NCBI GenBank assembly: GCA_016124195.1
Contig: WGOE01000008.1
Span: 40,682 to 104,681 of the forward strand
From: a bacterium
GTDB lineage: Bacteria > Pseudomonadota > Alphaproteobacteria > Rhodobacterales > Rhodobacteraceae
DNA: 64,000 bases
Reading direction: 5' to 3'
Shown here: positions 1 to 10,251 of the stretch, piece after piece
Layout: every line of letters starts with the position of its first letter
Position numbering within the stretch: the first letter of the stretch is position 1
Notes under the pieces: generated by a model
Databases searched by the model: none
What the model was told of the DNA's origin: nothing
Seen by the model: the letters and a program-made list of their open reading frames with translations, nothing else
Position numbers and translations under genes: made by a program

Positions 1-645
1 GGCAAAGATCGCGTCTCCGGTCCAGGTGCAGGGCGCGCTGTCGCGCTGGCCGACATCGGGGACGGTGAAGTTTTCAAACCGGATCGAGTCGATCTGGGTG
101 TTGTAGGTGACCGCCGTCGTGCCGGCCGCCGTCTGTTGCAGGTTCTTGATCAGCTCTGCGCCAAGCGCACGCGCCGATTCCGCCTGATGTTCCGGTTTCA
201 GGATCAGATTGCCCTTGAAGGAACTGTTCTGCGCCGGAGCCGATCCGGCCCGCAGGTAATTGGCAAGGATCGTGGTGGCATCGGTATAGCCGTCCTGCTT
301 GGCCACCACCGTGTAGCCGCCCGAATAGCTGATGCGTGGCAGGGTCTGGCTTGGATTGTTGGGGTTCTTGATGACGCCGGCACCGCTGACCGAACAGGCC
401 TGATCGATCCGGCTCAGCCCGAGCCACGCACTGGCCCCCGCCGAACAAAGCACGTCAAAGGTCGTCGTGCCGCTGCGGTCGTCGATCGTGCTTTTGAATC
501 TGTCCTTCTGATCGGCCGAAAACAGCGAGGGCTGGTTGATGTCGATCGCCAGGGTAACGGTTTCCGACGTGGATTGGGCCTGCGCGGTGCTTCCGAGTGC
601 GGCAAGGGACAGAGAAGCAAACAGGTAAAGGGCATTTCTCATCAT
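1..645 (-). CDS. hypothetical secreted protein (first 215 codons; ORF continues past the left edge)
   Basis: Absent from the ORF track because it is edge-truncated. Hand translation of the minus strand from ATG 645..643 gives an uninterrupted frame to position 1. It begins MMRNALYLFASLSLAALGSTAQAQ (Sec-type signal peptide, AQA cleavage motif) and has GC-rich third codon positions. Confidence 0.6.
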   Translation of the reverse strand, partial: MMRNALYLFASLSLAALGSTAQAQSTSETVTLAIDINQPSLFSADQKDRFKSTIDDRSGTTTFDVLCSAGASAWLGLSRIDQACSVSGAGVIKNPNNPSQTLPRISYSGGYTVVAKQDGYTDATTILANYLRAGSAPAQNSSFKGNLILKPEHQAESARALGAELIKNLQQTAAGTTAVTYNTQIDSIRFENFTVPDVGQRDSAPCTWTGDAIFA

Positions 646-1067
646 ATCGCACGGTCCTTGATGTTCTGGATGCCACATGTGTGACGCGGCACGGCCAATC
701 CAGGGACAGAACAAATTGCGTCAGGGCCAGAGGAAACGCTTGAAACTTCAGTAAGGATGGGGCAAAGAGTAGTCCAACGCTCCGCTCAAACGCAAGCCAA
801 TTTGCAAACGGTGGGGGCGGCGAGAGGCTCTGGCTTGGCGCGTGATGGGCCTGTCGATGGCCCCTGACCGGCGTTCCAGGCGGCAGAGCGTCCCACATCT
901 GTCATCGCCCTCGAAGGTGGTTGTCTTTCGGAACAGCAAATGCCGGCCAGGTCAGACAATCAGGCGTAGGTTTGCCATCCGAGGACGAGGCCTGACCCCG
1001 ACTTTCATAGAAACGCATCGTTAATGGGTTCACGCCGGCGCATCGGGCAAATTTTCCGATCCGCCGG

Positions 1068-1412
1068 TTGAGCTTGCACCCGCTTGAAGGTGCGGGAATC
1101 TGCATCCAGGGTATCAATATGGAAAATCTCGTTGCGATCCCGCGTCGTGGTGGCGATACGGCCGGCCAGCAACGCTTGGCGCCTTGGGGGCGACCTCTGC
1201 TGTACGGTCGGCGACACGTTGCAGGACGCCCACCCCTGGCGGACATGGCGCGGCGCATCCCGCCCCGGGGGCCGACGCACTTCATTCTGGCCGGCGTTTC
1301 GATGGGCGGCATGGTCGCCCTGGAGATCATGCACGCCAGGCCTGATCGCGCCGGGGGGATTGCGCTGATCGGCAGCACTCTCATCCCTCCGCTGACTGTT
1401 GGGCGAACCTGA
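1068..1412 (+). pseudogene. alpha/beta-fold hydrolase fragment (nucleophile-elbow region only)
   Basis: The 114-aa ORF contains FILAGVSMGGMVALEIMHARPDRAGGIALIGS (G-x-S-x-G elbow). It lacks a normal N-terminal part and everything after the elbow. The flanks 650-1068 and 1412-1608 hold no convincing ORF. Confidence 0.4.
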
Positions 1413-1608
1413 GGACATCGCCGATGTCATGGCCATGACATCGAAGAGCCGCGGCCATTCGATCACTCGTCAAACCATCTTTGCCAAGGCTGGCGCTGCC
1501 CGAGCCCGCCCCGGGGACGACAATCGCCCTCGTTCCCAAGCAGAACAGGATCAGGAGACAACTCTTGGCAGAGGCGTCTCCGGCGGTTCTGGCCGGAGAC
1601 CGCAAAGG

Positions 1609-1818
1609 TCATTTCGCGCGATAGTCTTTCGGGATGACGAAGGTCTCATCGGCACGGTAGTAGCCGCCGTCCTTCACCTCTTCGATCAGAACCATGGTAT
1701 GCGGTCGCGCCGCCTCTGAAAAATATTCGACCAGAAGCTCGGTGATGCGATGACCGATCTCGGCCTTCTGGTCGGATGTCAGCCCCGCCTCGGGGGTCTT
1801 GATGTTCACGAATGGCAT
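1609..1818 (-). CDS. 4-oxalocrotonate tautomerase family protein (69 aa)
   Basis: ATG at 1818 with AGGAA about 7 nt upstream. MPFVNIKT... (Pro directly after Met) plus a ~70-aa size are the family hallmarks. The 201-aa version in the track (to 2214) is an Arg/Pro-rich spurious extension. Confidence 0.8.
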   Translation of the reverse strand: MPFVNIKTPEAGLTSDQKAEIGHRITELLVEYFSEAARPHTMVLIEEVKDGGYYRADETFVIPKDYRAK

Positions 1819-2220
1819 GGAGGTGTTCCTTGTTGCGGTTAGAGAGAGTCCGGACCGTGCCCTCCCGGCGGTTGGGCGCGGACCGCATCGCCGGGGCCTT
1901 CGGCCATGAGCGTTGTTTCGAGGCGAACCAAGGGGTTGCGCCATCACCCGTCCGGCATCGCGGCGCTGCGCCGCCCGGCCCGGGTCTCCGGCGAGGGCCG
2001 CGCTGTCCGGCTGGGTTGGGCCTTGGGGGCCATCTGTCCAGGGCGGGGGATCGGTGCAACGACGGCGCGCGTTCCGCACTCCCCTGCCCCGGATTGGCAC
2101 TCGAAGCCCGGCCCGATCAATCGCGCCCAAATGGCGCCATGCGGGCCTTGACCCTTGTGCCATCCCCTGGCGAACACGCCACCGGACCGCAGTCAGGCCC
2201 GGCGGCGCGGACACTGACCA

Positions 2221-2958
2221 TCAGATGACGCCGCCATTGGCGCGGATGACCTGGCCATTGATCCAGCCCGCCTGTTCGCTGGCCAGGAAGACGACGACGC
2301 GCGCGATATCTTCCGGGGTGCCAAGGCGACCGAAAGGGTTCATCCTGCGGATCTGTTCAACCAGCGCCTCGCTCTTGCCAAGAAAGAACAGGTCGGTCCC
2401 CACCGGGCCGGGTGCCACGGCATTGACCGTAATTCCCCTTGGCGCCAACTCTTTGGCCACCACATGGGTCAGGGCCTCCACCCCCGCCTTGGTCGCGGCA
2501 TAAATCCCGTAGCCCGGCTGGTAGAGACCGATCACCGAGGTCGACAGGTTCACGATGCGACCGCCGTCGCCAAGCCGCCGGGACGCCTCGCGCATCAACC
2601 GCAGCGGTGCCGCGAGGTTCAAGGCGACATGCGCGTCGATCTGCGCGTCGTCCGTCTCGGCGAGCGGGGCCACCTTCATCGTCCCTGCATTGTTCACAAG
2701 GATGTCGACAGGGCCGAAGGCGGCTTCGGCGCGGTCGAACAGGGCGCGGGCGGCGGCCGGGTCGGTCAGGTCTGTCCGGGCCGCCACGGCGCGGCCGCCC
2801 TTGCCCACAATCTCGGCGACCACGGCCTCGGCCGCATCCGGGCTGTTGGCATGATTCACCGTCACGGCGATGCCCTCCGCGGCCAGTTGGCGGGCGATCT
2901 CGGCCCCGATGCCGCGCGACGCGCCAGTGACGATGGCAGTTCTGGTCTCTTGGATCAT
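2221..2958 (-). CDS. SDR family oxidoreductase (FabG-like)
   Basis: 245 aa with TGASRGIG cofactor motif, NNAG, and YAATKAG (Y-x3-K catalytic motif). Confidence 0.9.
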   Translation of the reverse strand: MIQETRTAIVTGASRGIGAEIARQLAAEGIAVTVNHANSPDAAEAVVAEIVGKGGRAVAARTDLTDPAAARALFDRAEAAFGPVDILVNNAGTMKVAPLAETDDAQIDAHVALNLAAPLRLMREASRRLGDGGRIVNLSTSVIGLYQPGYGIYAATKAGVEALTHVVAKELAPRGITVNAVAPGPVGTDLFFLGKSEALVEQIRRMNPFGRLGTPEDIARVVVFLASEQAGWINGQVIRANGGVI

Positions 2959-3059
2959 GACGATCTCCTGCTTGCTGTGATCAGCAGCTAAGCCATGAGC
3001 AGGATTCGAACAATGGCCTCAATATTGACATCACAATTCACTTTGCGCTAACAAACTGG

Positions 3060-3962
3060 ATGGACAGGCTTGACCGGCTCAAACTCTTCACCCGGATCGT
3101 CGAGGGCGGCAGCTTTGCCCGTGCCGCGCGCGATCTGGATATCGCGCGGTCGTCCGCCACCAATGCCGTCGCGCTTCTGGAACAGGAAACCGGCGTGCGC
3201 CTTCTGGCGCGCACCACGCGCCATGTGTCCACGACGCCGGAGGGTGCGGAGTTCTACCGCCGCGCGCGCGCCATTCTTTCCGAGGTCGAGGACACGTTCG
3301 ACACCTTTTCGACCGGAAGCCCGAGGGGGCATCTGCGCATCGACGCCTCAGGGCTCTTGACCCGCACCTTTCTTGTCCCGCATCTGCCCGCGTTCCTCGC
3401 GCGGTATCCGGGCCTGACCATCGCCTTTTCGCAAAGCGACCGTTTCGTCGACATCATCCGCGATGGCGTGGATTGCGCCCTGCGCTCCGGCCAGCCAGAG
3501 GACAGCAGCCTATACATGCGAAGGCTGGGCGCGTTGCCCGAGATCACCTGTGCAAGCCCGGATTACCTCGCCCGCCACGGCACGCCGCGCGATCAGGATG
3601 ATCTGGACGGCCACCGGATGGTCGGTTTCCTGTCGTCCCGCACCGGCGATGTCATGCCGCTGGAGTTCACCCGCGGCGGCACGGTGCATTATCGCCGGCT
3701 TCCATGGGTTGTGTCGACCGACAATTCCGACACCGCGGCGGCGCTGGCCCGGCAGGGGCTGGGGCTGATTCAGGCGCCGCGCTACCGCTTCGGCCCCGAT
3801 CTCGCCTCAGGGGCACTCGTCGAGGTGCTGGAGACCTCGCCGCCGCAACCCTTGCCGCTGAACGCGATTCATGCCGGAGACCGAACCGTGCCGCGGCGGC
3901 TGGCGGTCTTTCTCGATTGGGTCAAGGACCTGTTCGCGGACTGCGGCCAAGCCGCCCTTTGA
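3060..3962 (+). CDS. LysR family transcriptional regulator
   Basis: 300 aa. N-terminal HTH LKLFTRIVEGGSFARAARDLDIARSSATNAVALLEQETGVRLLARTTR. Divergent from the SDR gene, the classic LysR-target arrangement. Confidence 0.9.
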   Translation: MDRLDRLKLFTRIVEGGSFARAARDLDIARSSATNAVALLEQETGVRLLARTTRHVSTTPEGAEFYRRARAILSEVEDTFDTFSTGSPRGHLRIDASGLLTRTFLVPHLPAFLARYPGLTIAFSQSDRFVDIIRDGVDCALRSGQPEDSSLYMRRLGALPEITCASPDYLARHGTPRDQDDLDGHRMVGFLSSRTGDVMPLEFTRGGTVHYRRLPWVVSTDNSDTAAALARQGLGLIQAPRYRFGPDLASGALVEVLETSPPQPLPLNAIHAGDRTVPRRLAVFLDWVKDLFADCGQAAL

Positions 3963-4352
3963 TCGGCCTGCCCAAACCGTGGCCCTGTGAAAGAGGGTAT
4001 AACTTCTGCCATCGGGACGTCGTGCCCGCAGGCCATCCGGCCGGCGCTGAGGCGGCCGGGGCCCCGGCGACGATCGGGGTGCGGCGGCTTCACCACCATA
4101 TCGCCGCAGCCGAAAACCTTTGCCGCGGTCAGAAGACGCCCGACGCCTTGGCCCTGGTGGCGGCGGACACCACGTCCCTTTGGCAGGCCACGGAAACCGA
4201 ACTTCCGAACCTCGGCCTGCTGATCCGACCGGCCTCGCGCAAGCCGGGTGCCGGGCGGCGCCCCAGATGTGCGGGTTGGAAATTGGCGGCAACCTTGAAC
4301 CCGTCGCCAGATCCCGGGCAATTCGGTTCAGCCCTGCTTCCGCACCCGCCGG

Positions 4353-5540
4353 TCAGGCCGGCCCGGCCGAGGTCACGCGGATGCCGTCAGTGACCTGGTC
4401 GCCTGGGTGCAGGATCACCTCCGCGCCGTCCGGCACGCCGTCAAGCACGACCGCAAAGTCGGCATTGCGCTCGCCCAGCGTGATCCGCCTCAGCCGGGCG
4501 CGTCCCTTGTCGACCACGAAGGTCGCCCAATCGACGCCGTCGCGGAACAGCGCCGCCGTTGGAATGGCAAGGACGCCGTCGCCGCGCCAGACCTCGATTG
4601 CGACCAGCACCCGGAAGCCATGGCCAAGGCCGATCCAGCGGCTGGGGCTGGCGGTCAGGCGCAGGATGACCTGTACCCGCTGCTCTTCGATCCCAAGAGC
4701 CGAGACCTGGGTCATCGCCATCGGTTCAACCCGTTCGACGACCGCATCAAGGTCGGGGCCGCCCCATCCGGTGACGTGGGCCGGATCGCCCGGCTTCACC
4801 CGCACCGCGTCGCGCGAAAGAAGCTCCGCGACAATCTCGAGGTTGGCCGGGTCGCCGATCTCGGCGATGGGGGTGCCCGGCTGGACGACCTGCGCATCGT
4901 CGGTCAGCACGCGCAGGACCGTGCCGGAGACCGGCGCCTTGATTTCGATGCAGCAGGTGCCCGTCCCGGAGCTTCCCGATGCGCCCAGCACGGCACGCGC
5001 GCTGTCGAGTTCGCGCTGGCGCAGGTTCAGGTTGGCCTGGGCGCTGTCCAAAGCCGCCTGCGCGGTGCGGCGGCCCAGAAGGGCCTCGTCCAGCGTGCGG
5101 CGCGAGCTTGCGCCGCGATCGAAGATCTGCGTGGCCCGTTCAGCGTCGCTGGCAGCGAAGTCAAGCGCCGCCTGGGCCTGCTCGACCTCGGCGCCAGCCA
5201 GATCGACCGCCGAGATGGCCGCCTCGACCGCCGCCTCGGCGACCGCCCGGGCGCGGGCATCCAGAAGCGCAGGCTCGGTCGGTCCGATGGTGGCGACGAC
5301 CGTCTGATCCGCCGTCACAGGATCGCCGGCGTGAAGGGCCAACCGCTTCAGCTGACCCGTCGTCGTGGCCGAAAGGGTGAAGACTTCGCGGATGCGCGCC
5401 TCGCCTTCCTCGCGCACGGTGACGGCGACCGATTGCGGCCCGATCCGCACCGTCTCGACCGGGATCGGGCGCGGGGCGAAAGCCCAGACAAAAAGGCCAG
5501 CGACGACCAGGACGGCGACGGCGGCGATGAGGCGGCGCAT
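4353..5540 (-). CDS. HlyD/MacA-type periplasmic adaptor (membrane fusion protein)
   Basis: 395 aa with an N-terminal TM anchor, Ala-rich coiled-coil segment (AEAAVEAAISAVDLAGAEVEQAQAALD) and beta-barrel C-terminus. Last gene of the ABC operon, 3 nt after the permease stop. Confidence 0.85.
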   Translation of the reverse strand: MRRLIAAVAVLVVAGLFVWAFAPRPIPVETVRIGPQSVAVTVREEGEARIREVFTLSATTTGQLKRLALHAGDPVTADQTVVATIGPTEPALLDARARAVAEAAVEAAISAVDLAGAEVEQAQAALDFAASDAERATQIFDRGASSRRTLDEALLGRRTAQAALDSAQANLNLRQRELDSARAVLGASGSSGTGTCCIEIKAPVSGTVLRVLTDDAQVVQPGTPIAEIGDPANLEIVAELLSRDAVRVKPGDPAHVTGWGGPDLDAVVERVEPMAMTQVSALGIEEQRVQVILRLTASPSRWIGLGHGFRVLVAIEVWRGDGVLAIPTAALFRDGVDWATFVVDKGRARLRRITLGERNADFAVVLDGVPDGAEVILHPGDQVTDGIRVTSAGPA

Positions 5541-5543
5541 CAG

Positions 5544-7904
5544 CTACTCCCTCGTTTTGAGAACTTCGATCATGTCCAGCCGGTCGAGCCTTCCGCGGAT
5601 CGCCCAGCCTGTCAGGAGGCTTGCAGTCAGAACGACGAGGCTTGCCTGCGCCAGGACCTCGGGGCCAAGCACGAAAGGCACGCGGTAAAGATCAGAGGAA
5701 AAGGCCAGCGTCATCGCCCAGCCGATCGCCGTGCCGATCAACCAGCCCACGGGTTGTGCGATCAGGACCAGCGTCGCCAACTCGCCGAACAGGACCCAGG
5801 CGACCTCGGCGCGGCTGAAGCCGAGGACACGCAGGCTGGCCAGTTCGCGGCCCTGTTCGGACAGCGAGATCCGGGCAAAGTTGTAGACGACGCTCACGGT
5901 GATGATGGCGGCGAGCGAAAGATAAACCGCGTTCATCATGGTGATGTTCTCTGCCAGAGTATCGCGGAAGCGTTTCAGCGTCAGGGCTATGACCGAGACG
6001 AACTGCGTGGCCGGCGCGGTCTTGGCCTCGGCGTAGAACTGGTCGCGCTGCAAGGGATCGAGCGCAAGATTGACGCCCGAGATCTTGTCGCTCTCGCGCA
6101 TCAGGCTGTTCAGCGCGTCAAGGCGCATCGTCGCCGAAAGGCCAACATAACCGATCGAGATGCCGCTGACGGGCAGGACGGCAAGGGGGCGCGTGCCCTC
6201 GGTCACCTCGACCTGGACAAGATCGCCACGGCCGACATGAAGGGCTGCGGCAAGGGCCTCGGACAGGATCAGCCCCTCTTCGGGCAGGGCCATCGGGCGC
6301 AGGTCGGGGTCCAGCACGCGGCTGAGGACGGGCATCGCCGGCTTGCCCATGATCGAAAGACGGCGCGACCAGGGGCCGTTGCCGATGCGGGCCGCGACAG
6401 CGCGGAAGGGTTCCACAGCCAGGACCCCCGGCATCCGCTCGACCGCGAATGCCGCGCCAAGGCTTGCAGGCGCGTCGAAGACGACCGTCGCGTCCTGGCG
6501 CTCGATCCGGAAGAAGCTGATGTCGATCATCCGCTCGATCGACCCGCGCGACCACAGCGAGGCGACCAGCAGCGCCACGGCCATCGACACGCCAAGCATG
6601 CTGGTCAGGCTGCGGAACGGCCAGCGCGTCAGGTGGCGCAGGATCATGACATCGCTTTTGCTTAACCAGCCCGCCGGGCCGGTGCGGTGGCGGTGATAGA
6701 CGGCCGGGGCGGCCGGCGCCATCGCCACCGCCGGCGCAAGCCAGGCCACATTGCGGGCGGACTGCACCGCGCCGGCAACCGCGGCCGCCAGTGCGATGCC
6801 CGCCGCAAGGCCATAGACCCGCAGGTCGCGCGTGAAGATCAGGAACGGGAAGGCAAAGAACCGCGCGTAAAGCTGCGCGAGGCCGGCACCAAGCCAGCTT
6901 CCGGCCACGATGCCGCAGGCGATGCCCAGGACCGCGATCACCACCACGAACTCGACATAATGCAGCGCCAAGGCGCTCGAACTATAGCCCAGCGCCTTCA
7001 TCAGGCCGATCTGCTCGCGTTCAAGGTCGACGAGCCGCGCAAGGGTCATGTTCACCAGCATCGCGGCCACGGCCAGAAAGATCGGCGGCAAAACCCGCGA
7101 CATCGCGGCCAGCTGAGTCAGCTCGGCATCGAGAAAGGCGTTCGACAACTGGTCCTTGCGCAGGATCGCCCTGCCGCCGCCATAGGGCGTCGTCAATTTG
7201 TCAAGCGTGTCCAGAACGCGGTCTGCCGAGGCTCCCGGGGCCAGCTTCACGACCACGCTCGTGATCGCACCGCGCAGGTCGAAGGCCGCCTCAAGCCCGG
7301 GCAGCGGCACCCAGACGATGCCGAAGCGGCGCGGATCGGGCATCATCTCGCCCGGTCCGATGGCATAGATGAACTCGGGCGACAGCGCGATCCCGGTCAC
7401 CACCAGATCGCGCCGGTGCCCGTTCATCAGGACCGGCAGGCGCGCCCCCGGCGCCAGATGATGCGCCGCGGCAAAATCCTGCGAGATGACCGCCTCGTCC
7501 ACGGCCTGCGGGTCGGGCAGTCGGCCCTGCCGCAGGTAAAGCCGGTTCAGCCCGCTGTCGGGCGCGGCAGGCAGGGAAATGAACTGGACCGTCCCCGGCT
7601 CTACCATCTCGGGCATGTCGAGCAGGCCGAGCTTGGCGATCCTGCCCTCGACGGCCAGGACCCCGTCGATCGCGCGGATCTCCTCGACCAGACCGCGCGG
7701 CGCGCGTGTGAGGTCGGCGAAGATGTCGGCGAAACGGTTGGCCTCATAGTAGTGGTCGCGCGTCTGGCGCAGCGATTCCGAGGCGCCGTTGCCCAGGATC
7801 ATGGTCGCGACCCCAGCCGCCAGGACAAGGGCTATGGCGATCACCTGCGCCCAGAGCCGCCGGACATCGCGCAGGACCTTTCGGTGCAAGGGAGAGATCA
7901 CCAT
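5544..7904 (-). CDS. ABC transporter permease with two FtsX-type domains (MacB/YbbP-like)
   Basis: 786 aa with two repeated blocks of TM helices separated by large extracytoplasmic segments. Its start overlaps the ATPase stop by 7 nt. Confidence 0.85.
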   Translation of the reverse strand: MVISPLHRKVLRDVRRLWAQVIAIALVLAAGVATMILGNGASESLRQTRDHYYEANRFADIFADLTRAPRGLVEEIRAIDGVLAVEGRIAKLGLLDMPEMVEPGTVQFISLPAAPDSGLNRLYLRQGRLPDPQAVDEAVISQDFAAAHHLAPGARLPVLMNGHRRDLVVTGIALSPEFIYAIGPGEMMPDPRRFGIVWVPLPGLEAAFDLRGAITSVVVKLAPGASADRVLDTLDKLTTPYGGGRAILRKDQLSNAFLDAELTQLAAMSRVLPPIFLAVAAMLVNMTLARLVDLEREQIGLMKALGYSSSALALHYVEFVVVIAVLGIACGIVAGSWLGAGLAQLYARFFAFPFLIFTRDLRVYGLAAGIALAAAVAGAVQSARNVAWLAPAVAMAPAAPAVYHRHRTGPAGWLSKSDVMILRHLTRWPFRSLTSMLGVSMAVALLVASLWSRGSIERMIDISFFRIERQDATVVFDAPASLGAAFAVERMPGVLAVEPFRAVAARIGNGPWSRRLSIMGKPAMPVLSRVLDPDLRPMALPEEGLILSEALAAALHVGRGDLVQVEVTEGTRPLAVLPVSGISIGYVGLSATMRLDALNSLMRESDKISGVNLALDPLQRDQFYAEAKTAPATQFVSVIALTLKRFRDTLAENITMMNAVYLSLAAIITVSVVYNFARISLSEQGRELASLRVLGFSRAEVAWVLFGELATLVLIAQPVGWLIGTAIGWAMTLAFSSDLYRVPFVLGPEVLAQASLVVLTASLLTGWAIRGRLDRLDMIEVLKTRE

Positions 7905-8614
7905 GTCACCTCCGATGGCGCCTTGCGACGCGCGTTCACCGTCTCGAGCGCGATGCGGCCATCGGCGAAGCGGACCACGCGATGTGCTGTCTCGCTGATG
8001 GCGACGTTATGGGTGATGATCAGCGTGGTCGCACCTATCGCCTCGTTGACCTGGGCAAGCGCCTCGAGCACGCGGATGCCCGTGGCGGAGTCGAGCGCGC
8101 CGGTCGGTTCGTCGCATAGAAGGACTTCGGGGTTCTTCGCGATGGCCCGTGCGATGGCGACCCGCTGCTGCTCGCCGCCCGACAGCTGCGCGGGAAAATG
8201 GTCGCGCCGGTCCGACAGGCCGACCAGATCGAGCGCCGCATCGGCCTTCATCGGGCGGCGGGCAATCTCGGTCACCAGCTGCACGTTTTCCAGTGCGGTC
8301 AGGCTGGGGACGAGGTTGTAGAATTGAAAGACGAAGCCGACATGATCGCGACGATAGCGGGTCAGTCCGGCCTCGTTCAGGCGCGACAGGTCCTGGTCCT
8401 GAAACCAGACCTCGCCCGAGCTGGGCGAGTCCAGCCCACCCACGATGTTGAGGAATGTCGACTTGCCAGAGCCGGAGGGGCCAAGGATCACCACGAATTC
8501 GCCCGATCGCGCCTCGAAGTCGACGCCGCGCAACGCCTCGACGGTCAAAGGGCCGACGCGGTAGACCTTTTTCAGGCCGCGTGTCCGGAAAACTACGCCG
8601 CGCAAGTCTGCCAT
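7898..8614 (-). CDS. ABC transporter ATP-binding protein (LolD/MacB-ATPase type)
   Basis: Walker [10 protein letters not shown], signature [14 protein letters not shown], Walker [12 protein letters not shown]. Start chosen at ATG 8614 (MADLRGV...) because AGGAAGGGG lies 7 nt upstream; the track start at 8668 is possible. Confidence 0.9.
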   Translation of the reverse strand: MADLRGVVFRTRGLKKVYRVGPLTVEALRGVDFEARSGEFVVILGPSGSGKSTFLNIVGGLDSPSSGEVWFQDQDLSRLNEAGLTRYRRDHVGFVFQFYNLVPSLTALENVQLVTEIARRPMKADAALDLVGLSDRRDHFPAQLSGGEQQRVAIARAIAKNPEVLLCDEPTGALDSATGIRVLEALAQVNEAIGATTLIITHNVAISETAHRVVRFADGRIALETVNARRKAPSEVTW

Positions 8615-9293
8615 CGCATCGCCCCTTCCTGCGCCTGAACTATGGGCCCCGGAGCCGAATCGCTTCAATGACCTGTGTCAAGCCAGCCCGGCAACGCGAG
8701 ACGGGGCGGTCAGACGACCGGGCCGCTCAGGATCGCGCGCGCCAGATCGCCTGGATCGGTCAGCGAAACCAGGCGCGCCACGCTGTCCGTCGATGGCTGC
8801 GAGTTCCTTCCACCCGATCTGTTCGTGAGCCATGGTCCGGACTCCCGTCGTGCCGTTTTCCGCAACGCCCGGGATGGATTTGCCCTTTGCAGGTCTGGCG
8901 CATCATTCCGCAAATCGATTTCCAAGATCGGAAAGGGCGGACTGGGCGCTGCGGGATCAGTGCCCTTGGCCCCTGGGCAACTGGGGCTTCGGGCGCCCGG
9001 CCGTCACAAGCTCGGCGCTGATCCGGTTCCGTCTCTGGACCAAACCGATCGACCAAGAGGATCCCGAAACGCAGATTTGCGAAGTGGGGCATGTCGCCGA
9101 GGGCCCCGCCGGGTCGTGACCGAGCCGCCATGCCGGCCGTGGGCAACAGACCGCCCAAAGTCTGCGAACGCGGATGAAAGATGTTGTCGAGGATGATCGC
9201 TGGATGAAAAGTGCTGTCGTACTCGCGGTCATTTGGTATATCTGTGTACTGAGCACGGCAGGGCCGTTCAGGCCGGAGAACCTCAGGACGCGC

Positions 9294-10247
9294 ATGAAAA
9301 TACTCGCTATCGATGACGAGCCCTATATCCTGGAGTTGATCCCCATGCTGGCCAGGGTCGTGGGGTTTCCCGATGTGACTACAGCGGACTCGGGCATGCA
9401 AGCGCTTGAGATCATTGAAGCCTCTGATGTGCCCTTTGACTGCCTGATCCTCGACATCAACATGCCCGGGATGGACGGGATCGAATTGTGCCGGTGCATT
9501 CGTCAGATCGAGACTTACCGCCGGACGCCGATCATCATGCTGACAGCGATGTCCGAACGCGACTTCGTGGACGAGGCATTCCGCGCCGGCGCGACGGACT
9601 ATGTCACCAAGCCCTTTGACATCAAGGAACTGGCTGCGCGGTTGCGCGTGGCCCAGGAACTCGTCGCCGCACGGGCGGAGGCGGCCGCGGCCCGGATCCT
9701 GGCGGCAGCGCCCATGCCAGCCGGGCGCCGCGATCTGGCCGAACCCCTGGTCATCCCGGGTGCTGCGAATATCTCGGACCTGACCGCGTTGTCGAACTAC
9801 CTGCGCCAGTTGTCCCGCGCGGGCCTGTCCGTGTGTCAGGTGATGGCGGTCATGGTCAATCGCATCGGCGAGATCCATGCCCGGGCCAGCGAGGCGGAAT
9901 TCCTGTTCGCCCTGTCCGAGGTCGCCACCGCAATCGAAACCGCCCTGCTGACGCATATCGGGCTGATGGCCTATGCCGGCAACGGCGTCTTCGTCATCGT
10001 CTCTACCGCGGCCAGCCCGCTGGATCCTGTCGAAGTGGAATCGGACGTGCAGGAAGTTCTGGACACCCGCGATGCAGAGTTTGACGACGGCAGCCCCATG
10101 GACCTTGAGGTCTCGGTCGGCAGCCCTGTCCTGCCGACGAACGGCGGCAACGCGGATTTCGACCGGGCCATCGCGCGGGCTGCAACACGGTCGTCCTCTG
10201 GCGCAAAACGCGCCCCGGTTCGCCGCTTTCGCCAACCGCTGAACTGA
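9294..10247 (+). CDS. response regulator: REC domain plus degenerate GGDEF-like domain
   Basis: MKILAIDDEPYILE...DCLILDINMPGMDG...TKPF is a receiver domain. The C-terminal half aligns by eye to a GGDEF fold, but the signature is AGNGVF and the DxD metal site is absent. In-frame upstream starts at 9174/9204 would add one TM-like helix (SAVVLAVIWYICVLSTAG). Confidence 0.8.
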   Translation: MKILAIDDEPYILELIPMLARVVGFPDVTTADSGMQALEIIEASDVPFDCLILDINMPGMDGIELCRCIRQIETYRRTPIIMLTAMSERDFVDEAFRAGATDYVTKPFDIKELAARLRVAQELVAARAEAAAARILAAAPMPAGRRDLAEPLVIPGAANISDLTALSNYLRQLSRAGLSVCQVMAVMVNRIGEIHARASEAEFLFALSEVATAIETALLTHIGLMAYAGNGVFVIVSTAASPLDPVEVESDVQEVLDTRDAEFDDGSPMDLEVSVGSPVLPTNGGNADFDRAIARAATRSSSGAKRAPVRRFRQPLN

Positions 10248-10251
10248 GGCC

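Noticed and set aside
1381-1605. 74-aa minus-strand ORF just downstream of the tautomerase gene.
   Set aside because: No RBS, no motif, a weak hydrophobic stretch only, and it overlaps the decayed hydrolase region. Insufficient support.
3963-4352. 390-bp gap between the LysR and HlyD genes, checked for a small gene or RNA.
   Set aside because: All six frames give only Arg/Pro-rich ORFs without starts or motifs, and I could see no convincing hairpin or repeat. Left unannotated.
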